15,002 bases of DNA, taken from positions 1 to 15,002 of the forward strand of contig CAWKAR010000009.1 in the NCBI GenBank assembly GCA_963847625.1, given 5' to 3'. Position numbers and translations under genes: made by a program. The notes beneath the pieces are model-generated. The model had not been told where the DNA came from, ran no database searches, and saw only the letters and a program-made list of their open reading frames with translations. Below are positions 1 to 10,455 of this stretch, one piece after another. This stretch comes from a candidate division FCPU426 bacterium. GTDB taxonomy: Bacteria; Oederibacteriota; Muellerivitia; Muellerivitales; Muellerivitaceae. Numbering within the stretch: position 1 is the first letter of the stretch; every line of letters starts with the position of its first letter.

Positions 1-2186
1 CCGTCAATCCCACGCTGAACAGCCCCCTCCAGGAACCGGCTCCTCATTTTTTCCATTTGCTCCGAATTTTTGCTTCCCATCCCTCTTCGAAGCAAGTCAG
101 CCTGACCCAGGGTAAAACCCGCCAACTCCTTGGCAATACGCATCACTTGTTCTTGATACAAAATCACCCCATAGGTAGTCTTGAGAATCGGCTTTAATAA
201 TGGGTGAAGATAACCAACTTTAACTTGACCCTTTTTCCGGTGAATAAAGTCGTCCACCGTGTCCGAGCCCAGGGGTCCGGGCCGGTAGAGGGCCAGAAGA
301 GCAATGAGATCCTCCAAGTTTTCCGGGCCGAGTTTTCTAAGATAATCCCGCATTCCACGGGATTCCAATTGAAATACACCCTGAGTCTTCGCCTCGCCTA
401 AAAGTTTGTAAGTCTCAGGGTCATCCATGGGAATGGCGGATAAATCGATCTTGATCCCTTTTGTCTTTTGGGCTAGGCATAGGGTGTCGTCGATGACAGT
501 TAATGTCCTCAATCCCAAAATGTCCAATTTAAGAAGGCCCACGTCCTTTAAGACGTTCATATCGTATTGAGTCAAAACCTCATTGCCCGTCCCCAGGCAA
601 AGCGGGATTTTCTCAAGCAACGGCCCATTCCCGATAATGATTCCAGCCGCATGAGTCGAGACATGCCGGACCAACCCTTCCAGGGCCTTGGAGACATCCA
701 GAAGCTTCCGGAAGGGGCCTTCCTCCGTGGCGATCGCTTTGAACTCGGGAACCCTCTCCTCCACGTCCGAGAGGGTGATTTTGGGCTCAGCGGGAATAAG
801 TTTGGCGATACGATCCACATCCGCCAAGGGAACTTCCAAAACCCTGCCGACGTCCCGGATGGAGGCTTTGGCGGCCATAGTTCCGAAGGTTAAAATAGAG
901 GCCACCCGGTCCTTCCCATAGGTTTCCGCGATGTATTTCAAGACTTCACCCCGGCGACGGTCGCATACGTCAACATCGATATCCGGGGCGCTGACCCGCT
1001 CAGGATTGATGAACCGCTCGAATAAAAGATCGAAACGAATGGGATCTACCTCGGTGATTCCCAAAAGATATGAAACCAGGCTCCCAGCTGCGGATCCCCG
1101 CCCCGGTCCGACAGGGATCCCCTTCTGGCGGGCGTAGGAAATAAAATCCCATACGATTAAAAAGTAACCGCTGAATCCTGTTTTCCGGATGATGGAAAGT
1201 TCCTCCAACATTCTGCCCTTGATTTCAGGGCCATAAGCCTTGGAGCCATAACGTCTTTCCAAGTTTTGTTGGCAGAGTTTTTCTAGGTAGGTGTCCTCGT
1301 TTAAGGCCGGATCAGGTACGGGGTAGGAAGGCATTTGTGGCTTTTCGAACTCGAAGATAACATTGCACCGTTGTGCCACCTTAACGGTATTTAGGAGGGC
1401 TTCCGGTAATTCGGAGAAGAGTTTAGCCATTTCTTCGGCGGACTTAAGGTAATATTCATCCGTCCCAAGGCGTTTTCGGCGGGGGTCGGATAAAACTTCT
1501 CCTTTTCCCAAACAGAGCAACACCTCATGATGGGAGGCGTCCTCCCGGCGCAGGTAACGAACATCGTTCGTGGCCAGGAGCGGTATGCCGATGCGTTTCG
1601 AAATATCTAAAAGTGACTTCTGGAGGGCCTTATCCTCGGGTTTTCCATGATCCTGGATTTCCAGGAAATATTTGTCCTTCCCGAAAATTTCCTGGTACTG
1701 TCCGGCGATTTTCAACGCCACCGGCATCTCATCTTTTAAGAGAAAACGCTCAACTTCCCCCTCTTCCCCTCCGGATAAGGCGATAATTCCTTTGGCGTGC
1801 CTCGCGAGAAGTTCCTTGTCCACCCGGGGTTCTTGGGATAAACCCTGTAAATACCCGGCCGACGAAATTTGCATTAGATTGAGGTACCCTTCTTGGTTTT
1901 CCGCCAAAAGGACCAGGGGATAAGGCGGATCGTTCCGGCCGGGTCCTTTTTCGAACCGGGAACCATTGGTAAGCAATACCTCGCAACCCATGATGGGCTT
2001 TAAACCATGGGAAAGGCAGGCTTGATAGAAAGGGATGGCCGCAAATAGGTTGGCTTTGTCCGTCAAAGCGACTGCCGGCATCTGGAGTTCCTTGAGCCGT
2101 TCCATGAGAGATTCCAACCGGATGGTACTCTCCAGTAGGCTGTACTGGCTGTGGAGGTGAAGATGGATAAATCGGGCGTGGTTCAT
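1..2186 (-). CDS. dnaE: DNA polymerase III alpha subunit, partial (C-terminal part lies beyond the left edge)
   Basis: Manual translation from ATG at 2186 stays open to position 1: MNHARFIHLHLHSQYSLLES (PHP start), GPGRGSAAGSLVSYLLGIT, LLFERFINPERVSAPDIDVD (catalytic Asp pair), STHAAG, GLLKLDILG (third Asp), GVFQLES, ALYRPGP, TYGVILYQEQVM. Confidence 0.97.
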   Translation of the reverse strand, partial: MNHARFIHLHLHSQYSLLESTIRLESLMERLKELQMPAVALTDKANLFAAIPFYQACLSHGLKPIMGCEVLLTNGSRFEKGPGRNDPPYPLVLLAENQEGYLNLMQISSAGYLQGLSQEPRVDKELLARHAKGIIALSGGEEGEVERFLLKDEMPVALKIAGQYQEIFGKDKYFLEIQDHGKPEDKALQKSLLDISKRIGIPLLATNDVRYLRREDASHHEVLLCLGKGEVLSDPRRKRLGTDEYYLKSAEEMAKLFSELPEALLNTVKVAQRCNVIFEFEKPQMPSYPVPDPALNEDTYLEKLCQQNLERRYGSKAYGPEIKGRMLEELSIIRKTGFSGYFLIVWDFISYARQKGIPVGPGRGSAAGSLVSYLLGITEVDPIRFDLLFERFINPERVSAPDIDVDVCDRRRGEVLKYIAETYGKDRVASILTFGTMAAKASIRDVGRVLEVPLADVDRIAKLIPAEPKITLSDVEERVPEFKAIATEEGPFRKLLDVSKALEGLVRHVSTHAAGIIIGNGPLLEKIPLCLGTGNEVLTQYDMNVLKDVGLLKLDILGLRTLTVIDDTLCLAQKTKGIKIDLSAIPMDDPETYKLLGEAKTQGVFQLESRGMRDYLRKLGPENLEDLIALLALYRPGPLGSDTVDDFIHRKKGQVKVGYLHPLLKPILKTTYGVILYQEQVMRIAKELAGFTLGQADLLRRGMGSKNSEQMEKMRSRFLEGAVQRGID

Positions 2187-2192
2187 GGCGGC

Positions 2193-2221
2193 ATTATATC
2201 GAAAAAAATTTCTTTATTATA
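2193..2221 (-). promoter_or_regulatory. Putative sigma70 -10 element(s) for dnaE, probably leaderless
   Basis: Minus strand reads TATAAT (2221-2216), 17 nt, TATAAT (2198-2193), GCCGCC, ATG. No SD-like sequence precedes the start codon. Confidence 0.6.
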
Positions 2222-2407
2222 AAAAGGCCGCGAAAATACCAATTTTTCTTTGTCTTTATACTCGCCTCGTGATTTTAAAACCTTTACCTGAAAGCAACCC
2301 GGTCGTAATGGCATTCCTGGATATTGATTGGGTTTTTATTCAAATTCAAAAAAACGCCGGAGGTCATTAAAAGGGTGATTTTAAATCGAGGGAACAAAGA
2401 ACCAGTC

Positions 2408-3958
2408 TTATTCCCATTCAATGGTGGCGGGAGGCTTGCTGGAAACGTCGTATACCACGCGGTTAATGCCGCGAACCTCGTTGATGATCCGGTTGGAAAT
2501 AAGGCCCAAGACTTCATAGGGAAGCTTGACCCAGTCGGCCGTCATGCCGTCCGTGGAATGAACCGCCCGGATCACGCATACATTCTCGTAAGTCCTTTCA
2601 TCCCCCATGACGCCGACCGTCTTTAAGGGCGTCAAAACGGCAAAAGACTGCCAGATGGAATAATAAAGGCCGGCCTTTCGGATCTCCTCCACCACGATGG
2701 CGTCGGCCTTGCGCAAGATATCCAGCCTCTCTTTGTCCACCGCCCCGATCAATCGCACCGCTAATCCGGGTCCGGGAAAGGGCTGGCGGTAAAGCATTTC
2801 TTGGGGAATGCGGAGCCTCAAGCCTAATTCCCTCACTTCATCCTTGAAAAGCTCGCGGAGGGGTTCCACAAGCTTGAACTTCATGTCCTTGGGCAGCCCC
2901 CCCACGTTGTGGTGGCTTTTAATCGTGGCCGAGGGTCCTTTCACGGATACGCTCTCGATGACATCCGGATAAAGGGTTCCCTGGGCCAGGAATTTGAAGG
3001 GCCCCTGTTTTTTTTGAAGACTCTTGGCCTTTTCCTCGAAAATCCGGATGAAGGTGCCCCCGATGATTTTCCTCTTTTTTTCCGGTTCCTCCACACCCTC
3101 CAGCAGCGTCAGAAACTGCCTTTGTGCGTCGACGTAATGGAGGGGAATTTTTAATTTCTGGCGGAAAGTGGAAAGCACTTGCTCCGCCTCCTGGTGCCGT
3201 AAAACCCCGTTGTTCACGAAAACGCAGTTCAACTGCTTGCCGACCGCCTTGTGAACCAAGACCGCCGCGACGGTAGAGTCTACCCCGCCTGAAACCCCGC
3301 AAAGCACCCTGCCTTTTCCCACTTGTTTCCGGATCTTTAGAACCGCCTCTTGCGCGAAGGATTTCATGTTCCAGGTCGGCTTGCAGAGGCATATCCCGCG
3401 GGCGAAATTCTCGAGGACTTTTTTCCCCTTTTCGGTATGCACAACCTCAGGGTGGAACTGGACGCCGTAAATTTTCCTGTTCTCGTTTACCACTGCGGCG
3501 TAGGGGCAGTTGGCCGTGGAAGCCAAGGTCTTGAAACCGGGCGGGACGGCGGTCACATGGTCGCCATGGCTCATCCAAACTTTCGTGTGCTTGGGAAGAC
3601 CGGTCAGCAACCCTTTGTGATTTTTCACTTTTAGATCGGCCAGGCCGAATTCCCTTTTACCGGCGTTTCGAACCTTCCCCCCCAGCAGATAAGACGCGAG
3701 CTGCAGGCCATAACAAATGCCTAGAATCGGAATGGGAAGGTCGAAAAGGGACTTATCCACGTGGGGCGCCCCGGGAGCGTACACGCTGGCAGGGCCTCCC
3801 GAAAGAATGAGACCCTTGGGATTTCTTTCCATTATTTTCTCGATGGGAGTTGAGAAAGGAAGGATTTCACAGTAAACCCGACACTCCCTGACCCGCCGGG
3901 CGATCAACTGGCTGTATTGGGCGCCGAAATCCAGGACAAGGATCGTGTCGTGCTGCAA
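2408..3958 (-). CDS. guaA: GMP synthase (glutamine-hydrolysing)
   Basis: [22 protein letters not shown] and FHPEV (GATase Cys-His-Glu triad), SGGVDS PP-loop, [23 protein letters not shown]-terminal [12 protein letters not shown] start preceded by GGAG. Confidence 0.98.
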   Translation of the reverse strand: MQHDTILVLDFGAQYSQLIARRVRECRVYCEILPFSTPIEKIMERNPKGLILSGGPASVYAPGAPHVDKSLFDLPIPILGICYGLQLASYLLGGKVRNAGKREFGLADLKVKNHKGLLTGLPKHTKVWMSHGDHVTAVPPGFKTLASTANCPYAAVVNENRKIYGVQFHPEVVHTEKGKKVLENFARGICLCKPTWNMKSFAQEAVLKIRKQVGKGRVLCGVSGGVDSTVAAVLVHKAVGKQLNCVFVNNGVLRHQEAEQVLSTFRQKLKIPLHYVDAQRQFLTLLEGVEEPEKKRKIIGGTFIRIFEEKAKSLQKKQGPFKFLAQGTLYPDVIESVSVKGPSATIKSHHNVGGLPKDMKFKLVEPLRELFKDEVRELGLRLRIPQEMLYRQPFPGPGLAVRLIGAVDKERLDILRKADAIVVEEIRKAGLYYSIWQSFAVLTPLKTVGVMGDERTYENVCVIRAVHSTDGMTADWVKLPYEVLGLISNRIINEVRGINRVVYDVSSKPPATIEWE

Positions 3959-4143
3959 ATGGGGCTCCGAAAAACAGGATTGGATGCACTAAATCTCGTC
4001 GAAAGAACGGGTTGAAAGGCTCACCCAGTCAAAACCAGCTTCCCCGGGTTGGGAATCTCAGGAATGGCTAAGCCCATTGAATGGATATTTCTGTATGTAC
4101 CGTCTTAGGGAATGGCCGTGCTTCAAATCTTTTTAAGAAAATC

Positions 4144-4434
4144 TCACTCAAAATTCCCGTAAAACGCCTTAATGACATGGGGCCGAAGCACGAAATCGAT
4201 CGTCCCGCCTTCCTTTAACCGTTCCACTGACTTTTGATCGACAACTTGGAAATGAGCCAAAGTATCGTATTCCGAAAAAACCAGGAAAGTATCAACGTTA
4301 TTGAGTGCCTTCCGCACGTAAGCTTTTAGGCAGCCTTCCGCCGCTTTCTCTTTGGCCACGTAATCATTTAGAATTTTGAGAACTTCCGAATCATGTCCTT
4401 TTCGAATGGTCACAATCGCTAGCGATACGATCAT
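4144..4434 (-). CDS. Small ABM-like (dimeric alpha/beta barrel) protein, function unknown
   Basis: 96 aa with a strong SD (AAGGAG, 4441-4446), 20 nt after the guaB stop. Pattern VTIRKG..EVL..L...EGCL..Y...DTFLVFSEYDT..HF resembles antibiotic biosynthesis monooxygenase family proteins. Confidence 0.7.
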   Translation of the reverse strand: MIVSLAIVTIRKGHDSEVLKILNDYVAKEKAAEGCLKAYVRKALNNVDTFLVFSEYDTLAHFQVVDQKSVERLKEGGTIDFVLRPHVIKAFYGNFE

Positions 4435-4454
4435 ATTAAACTCCTTTAACCTGG

Positions 4455-5983
<1,529 letters not shown>

Positions 5984-6049
5984 CGGGCCTGATTTTGAAA
6001 TAGGGCAGGCCAATTCACATGGGAAATTCGAAAGACAGTCCGGGAGGTT

Positions 6050-7615
6050 TTATTGCCATAAGGCGAAATCGGCCTTGTAAGCGGGAATATCTTTCTTGAC
6101 TAAAAACCACCGCAAATGGTCGGAAAGGGCGGCTATGAAACGGTTTTCACTCATGAGTTGGACCTGCCAATCCCGGTCCTGTTTGAACTTTTCCACGTTT
6201 TGCACATGCTTGATATAAAGCTGGTCTGGGGAATCCTTCGGATAAAATTCACTGACATGGTATTCCACATCCTGGTCGGTCCCCTGACAGGCATTGGTGG
6301 AAAACCAGGTCCCGTTGGTGAAAACCGTCACGAAGGAAAGATGGGGCGTGATTTGCCCGGGTGTTTTCAGGATTTCGGCGTAAGTTCCGACGTCTTCCTT
6401 GAGACTGACATCAAAATAATTCGGGGAGGGTAATTGGGGGATGGTCATTTGAAGAGCGGAGGTAAAACCCATTTTTTGAAGCTGGCCCTGGAGGTCGGAG
6501 TAAGTGGTCACGTCCATTTCGCTGATTTGCCCGGAATTGACCAGGACCAGGTGGATCGGCGGGATCGTGTCGGTCAAGGCCACCGAAGGCCGGTGGATCA
6601 GGGTGATGATGCCGGCCAGTAATCCCGTGATGGCCGCCGCAAGCAGGATCAGGAAAACATAGGTCGGGATTTTAAGTTTTTTCGCGGTAGGCTCGAAAAT
6701 CTCATAAGCGCGGCGGATGAGAAAACGCGTCCAAATTTTCGCCAATAAAAATATCTTTTTCTTTTTATTACCCCCCGTAACCGGAATGGGGGGTACAGGC
6801 CCTGATGGGAAAGGAAGAGGCGATAAACCCGGCTCATGGGAAAAATGGGCTTCCGGGAAGGGCGGCCGCAAGGGTTTTGGTTCCTGGATGAGCGTTTCCA
6901 AATCGTAAGGCAAGGGGGGGGCCTTGGAAGGCCCCGGGGTTTTGGAGGGAGTCCCCTTGGGGAGGTTTAGACCTTTTAACATTTCCCCCATGTCGGATAA
7001 ATCAATCTCCAGACTGGCTTTGGAATTTAAAACCGGCTTGGCCATATCCGGGGGTAGTTTGAATTCGGGTTTCATCGAAAAATCGGGAGCTAGTTTCGGC
7101 GGTTCGATCACGGGTTTCATCGAAGGGCTGGGGGTCGCTTTCGGCGGTTCGGCCGCGGGGTTCACCTCAGGGCCGGGGGCCGGCTTCGGCGGAGCGGAGG
7201 GCCCGCCGAAAATTCCGAGCGGATCGTCCCCGAAAGCCTTGCCCTTGAAATCGAAGGGTGAGGTGTGAGTGAGGGTTGTCTGGGTGATCTTGAGAGGCTC
7301 ACTCTTCACATCCGGCTTGATCGGCGGCGCGGAGCGGCTTGGCATTGGCGGGGCGGACTTGGGAAACGGACCGGCCATCGTTGGTTTTATCGCCGGCGGG
7401 GCGAGCTTGGGATTGAGGGGCGTTGTTGGGTTTATCAGCGGCGGGGGGGCCTTGGGGTTGAGGATCATCCCGCTGGATTTCTTTCCCTTGCAATTGATGC
7501 AAAGGGGTTGCCCCAATTCCAGGTCCAGGCAGTCCAGGCAAACGGGGTTATTGCAACGGGAGCAAAACCCGACGGCAGTCCTGTCAAAATGGTTGACGCA
7601 GTGGTTTTCCGGCAA
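6050..7615 (-). CDS. Hypothetical single-pass membrane protein: N-terminal B-box-like zinc finger, Pro-rich linker, TM helix, C-terminal globular domain
   Basis: 521 aa. CVNH-x8-CSRC-x4-CLDC-x9-CINC, then a long Pro/Lys-rich segment, then hydrophobic YVFLILLAAAITGLLAGIITLI. TTG start lies 2 nt after the ridA stop. Confidence 0.85.
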   Translation of the reverse strand: MPENHCVNHFDRTAVGFCSRCNNPVCLDCLDLELGQPLCINCKGKKSSGMILNPKAPPPLINPTTPLNPKLAPPAIKPTMAGPFPKSAPPMPSRSAPPIKPDVKSEPLKITQTTLTHTSPFDFKGKAFGDDPLGIFGGPSAPPKPAPGPEVNPAAEPPKATPSPSMKPVIEPPKLAPDFSMKPEFKLPPDMAKPVLNSKASLEIDLSDMGEMLKGLNLPKGTPSKTPGPSKAPPLPYDLETLIQEPKPLRPPFPEAHFSHEPGLSPLPFPSGPVPPIPVTGGNKKKKIFLLAKIWTRFLIRRAYEIFEPTAKKLKIPTYVFLILLAAAITGLLAGIITLIHRPSVALTDTIPPIHLVLVNSGQISEMDVTTYSDLQGQLQKMGFTSALQMTIPQLPSPNYFDVSLKEDVGTYAEILKTPGQITPHLSFVTVFTNGTWFSTNACQGTDQDVEYHVSEFYPKDSPDQLYIKHVQNVEKFKQDRDWQVQLMSENRFIAALSDHLRWFLVKKDIPAYKADFALWQ

Positions 7616-7617
7616 GG

Positions 7618-8022
7618 TTAACGGCCTTTCCGACGGTGAGTCTTTAAAGCGATTAAATCCATCTCCACCCTCGCGTTCTTGGGCAGGGCTGAAACCTGAA
7701 CCACCGACCTGGCGGGCGGGTCCTTCGGAAACCGCTCCGCCAAAACCAGGTTCAAGGAATTAAAATCCGCGAGATCGGTCAAGTAAACCGTCAATTTCAG
7801 GGCCTCCCCGAGGGAGGATCCGGAAGCCGCCAATACGGCTTCCAGGTTATCCAATACTCGGGTGGTTTGGGTTTCAATGGACCCTTCTATCATACCCCCC
7901 GAAACCGGTTCCAAGGGGATTTGCCCGGAACAAAAAATGAAATCCCCGGCTTCCACCGCCTGGGAATAGGGTCCGATGGGCTTGGGCGCGGCTTGGGAAT
8001 AAACTGTTTTTCTACTCTCCAT
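7618..8022 (-). CDS. ridA: RidA/YjgF/UK114 family reactive-intermediate imine deaminase
   Basis: APKPIGPYSQAV, SGQIPL, LKLTVYL, PPARS (conserved Arg), LPKNARVEMD. ATG at 8022 is preferred over the track's 8049 because GAGGGG lies just upstream of it. Confidence 0.92.
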   Translation of the reverse strand: MESRKTVYSQAAPKPIGPYSQAVEAGDFIFCSGQIPLEPVSGGMIEGSIETQTTRVLDNLEAVLAASGSSLGEALKLTVYLTDLADFNSLNLVLAERFPKDPPARSVVQVSALPKNARVEMDLIALKTHRRKGR

Positions 8023-8209
8023 TTTAAAAATCCCCCTCGTTTCTTGCAATGAAACCTTTGTTAAATCAAATCCCGGATGAATGGCAGCTCCTATGGATCG
8101 AACCCCGCGTTACTTCATCCAAACCGGTTTGCGAACCCGTTTTCCAATGTAACAGGTTCTTGGCAAAAACATCCATTTTGAGTCTTAATCCGGCTCCCAT
8201 CTCCATGCT

Positions 8210-10417
8210 TTACCTGGGTTCGATTCGCCGGGCGTTCACGACGCCCCGGACCCTTTCGAGTTTTTTCAATACCTTGTCCACCTGGTCGGAGGAGGAAATG
8301 ACGATCAGGAAATAACCCTGCGCCCAGCCGCCTTCCAGGGCCTTGGCGTTGGCCTCGTTGATGACGATGCCTTCCTCCGAGATGGCCTGCAGCAGATCGG
8401 CCAACAGTTTCTCCCGGTTCTTGGCTTTCACTTCCAGCGCCACTTCGTAAACCTGTCCCGCGTTTCCCTCCCAGGCCACAAGGATCTTTCTCCCTTCCCA
8501 TTCCGGCAACTGGAGGGTGTTGGGACAATCGTTTCGGTGGATGGACACGCCCCTCCCCCGGGTGACGTAGCCCACGATCGGGTCGCCCGGCACCGGCGTA
8601 CAGCATCTCGCGAAACGGATGAGGAAGTCCTTTTGGCCGCCGATGGAGACGCCCTTCACCGTGGCAGGGGAAGCCGGGGGCTTCTGGCCGGTTTCCCGGG
8701 TTGGCCTGGTTTCGGCGGGAGGCGCCTCGGTCTTTTCCGTTTTGGGGACTGACGCCGCCGGGTGGATCTTGGCCGCGACCTTGTTCAGGATCATTTTCGG
8801 CGATATTTCCCCGTGGCCGGTGTTCGCCAAGAGCTCGTTGAGGGTGTGGCACCCGAAGGAATCCAACAATCCTTCCAAAACCCCCGATTTGAGCGCCCCG
8901 CTGAAATCCAAGTCCATGCGCTCGGCTTCTTTTTCCAGGAGATGTTTGCCCATGTCGATTTCCTCGGCGGAGAGGTGGGTCCTGAACCAGTGCCGGATCT
9001 TGTTCTTGGCCCGGCTCGTGGTCACGATTTTCAACCAGTCCCGGCTGGGGGTCCGGGAAGATTGGGTCAGCACTTCCAGAATGTCCCCGTTTTTCATGAC
9101 ATAGCGAAGCGGCACCATCTGGCCGTTCACCTTGACGCCCATGCAATGGTTGCCCAGGTCCGTATGGACAGTGTAGGCGAAATCCAGGGCGGTGGCCCCC
9201 TTGGGCAATTCCTTCACTTGGCCCGTCGGGGTGAAGACGAACACCTCGTCGTCGAAGATGTCGACTTTCATGGCTTCGGAGAACTCGGTGGAATCGGTGA
9301 TGTCCTGCTGGAGGTCCAGGAGCTGCCGCATCCAGGCGTATTTCCCGTCCTCCTTATCAGCGATGCGTCCTTCCTTATAGATCCAGTGGGCCGCGATCCC
9401 CTCCTCCGCGGTGCGGTGCATCTCGTAGGTGCGGATCTGGATCTCCAGGGGCTGTCCACCCGGGCCCATGACCGTGGTATGCAGACTCTGGTACATGTTT
9501 CCCTTGGGCATGGCGATATAGTCCTTGAACCTTCCCGGGAGGGGCTTCCAAAGGGTGTGGATGATCCCCAGGGCCTCATAGCATTCCTTGATAGTGTTGA
9601 CCAGGAGCCGGACGGCCATCAAGTCGTAGATCTCGTCGAAACTTTTCTGCTGTGAGGACATCTTGTAGTAGATGCTGGCGAAATGTTTGGAGCGGCCCTG
9701 GACCTGGGCAAAGATCCCCACTTCCTTCAGCTTCCCCTCGATCAGGCCCTGGATGCCCTCCAGGAGCATGTCCCGCACGGCCTTTTTCATGGCGACTTTC
9801 TTGACCAGATCGGCATAAACGTCGGGCTCCAAGTACCTCAAGCAATGGTCCTCCAACTCGCTTTTAAGCTTGGAGATCCCCAGCCGGTGGGCCAGCGGCG
9901 CGTAAATATCCAGGGTCTCGCGCGCTATTTTTTCCCGTCTTTCCGGAGGGAGGAACTCCAGGGTCCGCATGTTGTGGGTCCTGTCGGCCAGCTTGATCAG
10001 GATCACGCGGACGTCCTTGGCCATGGCCACCAGCATCTTGCGGGTGCTCTCGGCCTGGTGGATGGACGCGTCCTGGAACTTGCGCTTCGAGATTTGGGTG
10101 ACCCCTTCCACCAAATTGGCGATTTCCTCGGAGAATTCGGCCTTCAACTGGTCGTAGGTGACGGAAGTGTCTTCCAGCACGTCGTGCAGGAGGGCGGCGG
10201 CGATGGTGACGGAGTCCATGTGCAACTCCGCCAATATGTCAGCCACCTCCACCAGGTGGGACAGGTAGTCCTCTCCGGAAAGGCGCTTTTGGCCTTCATG
10301 GGCCTTTTTCGCGAAATCATAGGCTTTTTGGATCAGGGCTTCGTCCAGGGAGGATTCGGGCACGGTGATGCCCTGTTGATTTTGGGAATATTTCTCGAGT
10401 ATCGCTTTGATAACCAT
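8210..10417 (-). CDS. rel: Bifunctional (p)ppGpp synthetase/hydrolase (long RSH, Rel)
   Basis: Intact HD hydrolase motifs (HEGQKRLSGEDY, LLHDVLED, KLADRTHNMRTL); synthetase motifs GRSKH, DLMAVR, RFKDY (RxKD type), YQSLHT, EIQIRT; TGS domain (VFVFTP..GATALDFAY); ARCCTPVPGD..IHRNDC; C-terminal ACT/RRM-like region. Confidence 0.97.
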   Translation of the reverse strand: MVIKAILEKYSQNQQGITVPESSLDEALIQKAYDFAKKAHEGQKRLSGEDYLSHLVEVADILAELHMDSVTIAAALLHDVLEDTSVTYDQLKAEFSEEIANLVEGVTQISKRKFQDASIHQAESTRKMLVAMAKDVRVILIKLADRTHNMRTLEFLPPERREKIARETLDIYAPLAHRLGISKLKSELEDHCLRYLEPDVYADLVKKVAMKKAVRDMLLEGIQGLIEGKLKEVGIFAQVQGRSKHFASIYYKMSSQQKSFDEIYDLMAVRLLVNTIKECYEALGIIHTLWKPLPGRFKDYIAMPKGNMYQSLHTTVMGPGGQPLEIQIRTYEMHRTAEEGIAAHWIYKEGRIADKEDGKYAWMRQLLDLQQDITDSTEFSEAMKVDIFDDEVFVFTPTGQVKELPKGATALDFAYTVHTDLGNHCMGVKVNGQMVPLRYVMKNGDILEVLTQSSRTPSRDWLKIVTTSRAKNKIRHWFRTHLSAEEIDMGKHLLEKEAERMDLDFSGALKSGVLEGLLDSFGCHTLNELLANTGHGEISPKMILNKVAAKIHPAASVPKTEKTEAPPAETRPTRETGQKPPASPATVKGVSIGGQKDFLIRFARCCTPVPGDPIVGYVTRGRGVSIHRNDCPNTLQLPEWEGRKILVAWEGNAGQVYEVALEVKAKNREKLLADLLQAISEEGIVINEANAKALEGGWAQGYFLIVISSSDQVDKVLKKLERVRGVVNARRIEPR

Positions 10418-10455
10418 TGGAAAACCTTTATGACTTTTTTTTAAATCTGAAAATT

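Noticed and set aside
194..1986. Short ORFs listed over this interval on both strands
   Set aside because: All overlap the continuous dnaE reading frame and are antisense or off-frame shadows.
1..2186. Possible dnaE pseudogene, frameshift or intein, since it is missing from the ORF track
   Set aside because: Manual translation gives 728 uninterrupted codons with normal motif spacing. It is missing only because its stop codon is outside the window.
3959..4143. Purine riboswitch in the 185-nt spacer before guaA
   Set aside because: No purine-riboswitch core or clear terminator/antiterminator was visible by eye. An Infernal scan would be needed to exclude other motifs.
8066..8206. 46-codon ORF (MEMGAGLRLK...) following the rel stop in the same frame
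   Set aside because: No recognisable motif, and no evidence for read-through of a TAA stop.
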